This document shows positions 62,783 through 64,000 of a stretch of 64,000 bases of DNA, one piece after another. The notes under the pieces are model-generated. The model saw only the letters and a list, made by a program, of their open reading frames with translations, searched no databases and had not been told where the DNA came from. The translations under genes were made by a program, and so were the position numbers. Source of the DNA: the human T2T-CHM13v2.0 reference genome, Homo sapiens; NCBI RefSeq assembly GCF_009914755.1, contig NC_060931.1; one strand, given 5' to 3'. The stretch's first letter is position 1; every line of letters starts with the position of its first letter.

Positions 62783-63271
62783 AGGAAAAAATTCATTAAC
62801 CGGTTGCTTCCAAAATTAGAAGTTTTAAGTTGCATGAAACCATTAATAGCCTTGAAAGCTTTGATAAGTTTTCAGTAATAATAACCTATTTAATCAGATG
62901 ATGATGTGTTTGAAAATAGTGTTCAATATCAGCAAATTTGTACACAGGGAATGTAAATAAGGATAACTGATCAGAGTTATCCACTGTATTTATAAGGAAG
63001 AGTCGGAAAAAACAATGACCTTAGTTTTTTTTAAGCCTGATGATACTATGGTTTACTCTAATAAGATAGCTATATTGATAATTATATTTTTGTTACTGTG
63101 CCCTTGCACATTTTGGTCTTTTTGTTAATATTTTTATTAATAACACATAATTAGTAACCACTCTACTGTTTCAAGTTAATCTAGTAATAGAGCTTACATA
63201 TATTTGTATAACTGCTATACCACTGAACTGAATTTATTTTACAACAGTGTAGAATTCTTGAAAAGTTAACG

Positions 63272-63325
63272 TAGAAAATATCCAAAAAGCAGTATTTCTA
63301 GAAAGTGTCCAAAAAGCAGTATTTC
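63272..63325 (+). repeat. 27-bp tandem duplication in the BCAP29 3' region
   Basis: TAGAAA(A/G)T(A/G)TCCAAAAAGCAGTATTTC x2. Confidence 0.92.
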
Positions 63326-64000
63326 TTTCCCTTGGTTGTGAGAGTAACTAATTATATAAATATTACCTCAAAAATACATACACTGGTATCACACAGTCTT
63401 TCTACAATGTTTCTGCATTCTGAAAGCTAAATATTAAGTACTATTTTTCCATTCAAATATTCATTTAGAATTTCCTTTAGAAGATGGCAGTGATTATAAT
63501 ATTAATATGATTTCATTTGTTCCAGTGTTTAGACATGAAATCATCTTCCTTGTCTCATGAAAACCTAAATATAAAAAAAAGGAAAATACTGGAGTTTTTA
63601 TTTCTCTTGTCTTTGTTACATCCTCTGTTTATTATAATTTTAGCACCAACTTCACACCTAGCTAATTTTTTTCATCATAAAGTGGATGAAATGAGCAAGT
63701 ACCTAAAAATTTTATTTCAGATAAAAGTCAGGAGTTACTGCTAAAAAACAGACATGTAGGAGACATTCAACAGGAGTATGAAATGAGAGTTAGACCATAT
63801 GGGCTGACAACACCATAAATAACAAGAAAAGGGAGTGCTGAAATAGGAGAGAACAGAGCAAATGTTAGCTCAAAGTATAGACTTAGAAATATCAAAGTAA
63901 GAGCTATCTGGATAAATATATAGATATTGAGTGCTTGGAATCCTAGCCTACTATGTGAAAATTAAGTCTAATGTCAGAATAACTTACAGAAAAATAGAAA

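Overview
Eukaryotic, Alu/L1-rich primate DNA, recognised from its translated exons as the human-type COG5 / DUS4L / BCAP29 locus (7q22.3 in human, from recall). Left: the 5' end of COG5 (minus strand, coding exons 1-2) lies head-to-head with DUS4L on a shared CpG-island promoter (~7450-8400). DUS4L (plus strand) is complete, with six coding exons that splice to 954 nt / 317 aa of tRNA-dihydrouridine synthase. BCAP29 (plus strand) follows from its own CpG island (~23.9-24.8 kb), with seven coding exons giving 726 nt / 241 aa ending in the ER-retrieval signal KKRL. The rest is intronic repeat (about 25 Alus, L1, L2, MIR, MER and LTR fragments, microsatellites). There are no rRNA, tRNA or CRISPR features, and I found no wholly new gene system. 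The most interesting signals are at the RNA level. (1) The DUS4L exon 7 donor is exactly in frame with BCAP29 exon 2, giving a 481-aa read-through fusion (a known chimera) predicted to have a truncated TIM barrel and possibly inverted membrane topology. (2) A 5'UTR exon of DUS4L creates a uORF that overlaps the main start codon. (3) A single CCATGG supplies start codons on both strands. (4) A 79-nt cassette exon frameshifts BCAP29 into a 348-aa form lacking KKXX. Several small tandem duplications also multiply regulatory motifs. Repeat subfamily names and boundaries are by eye and approximate.
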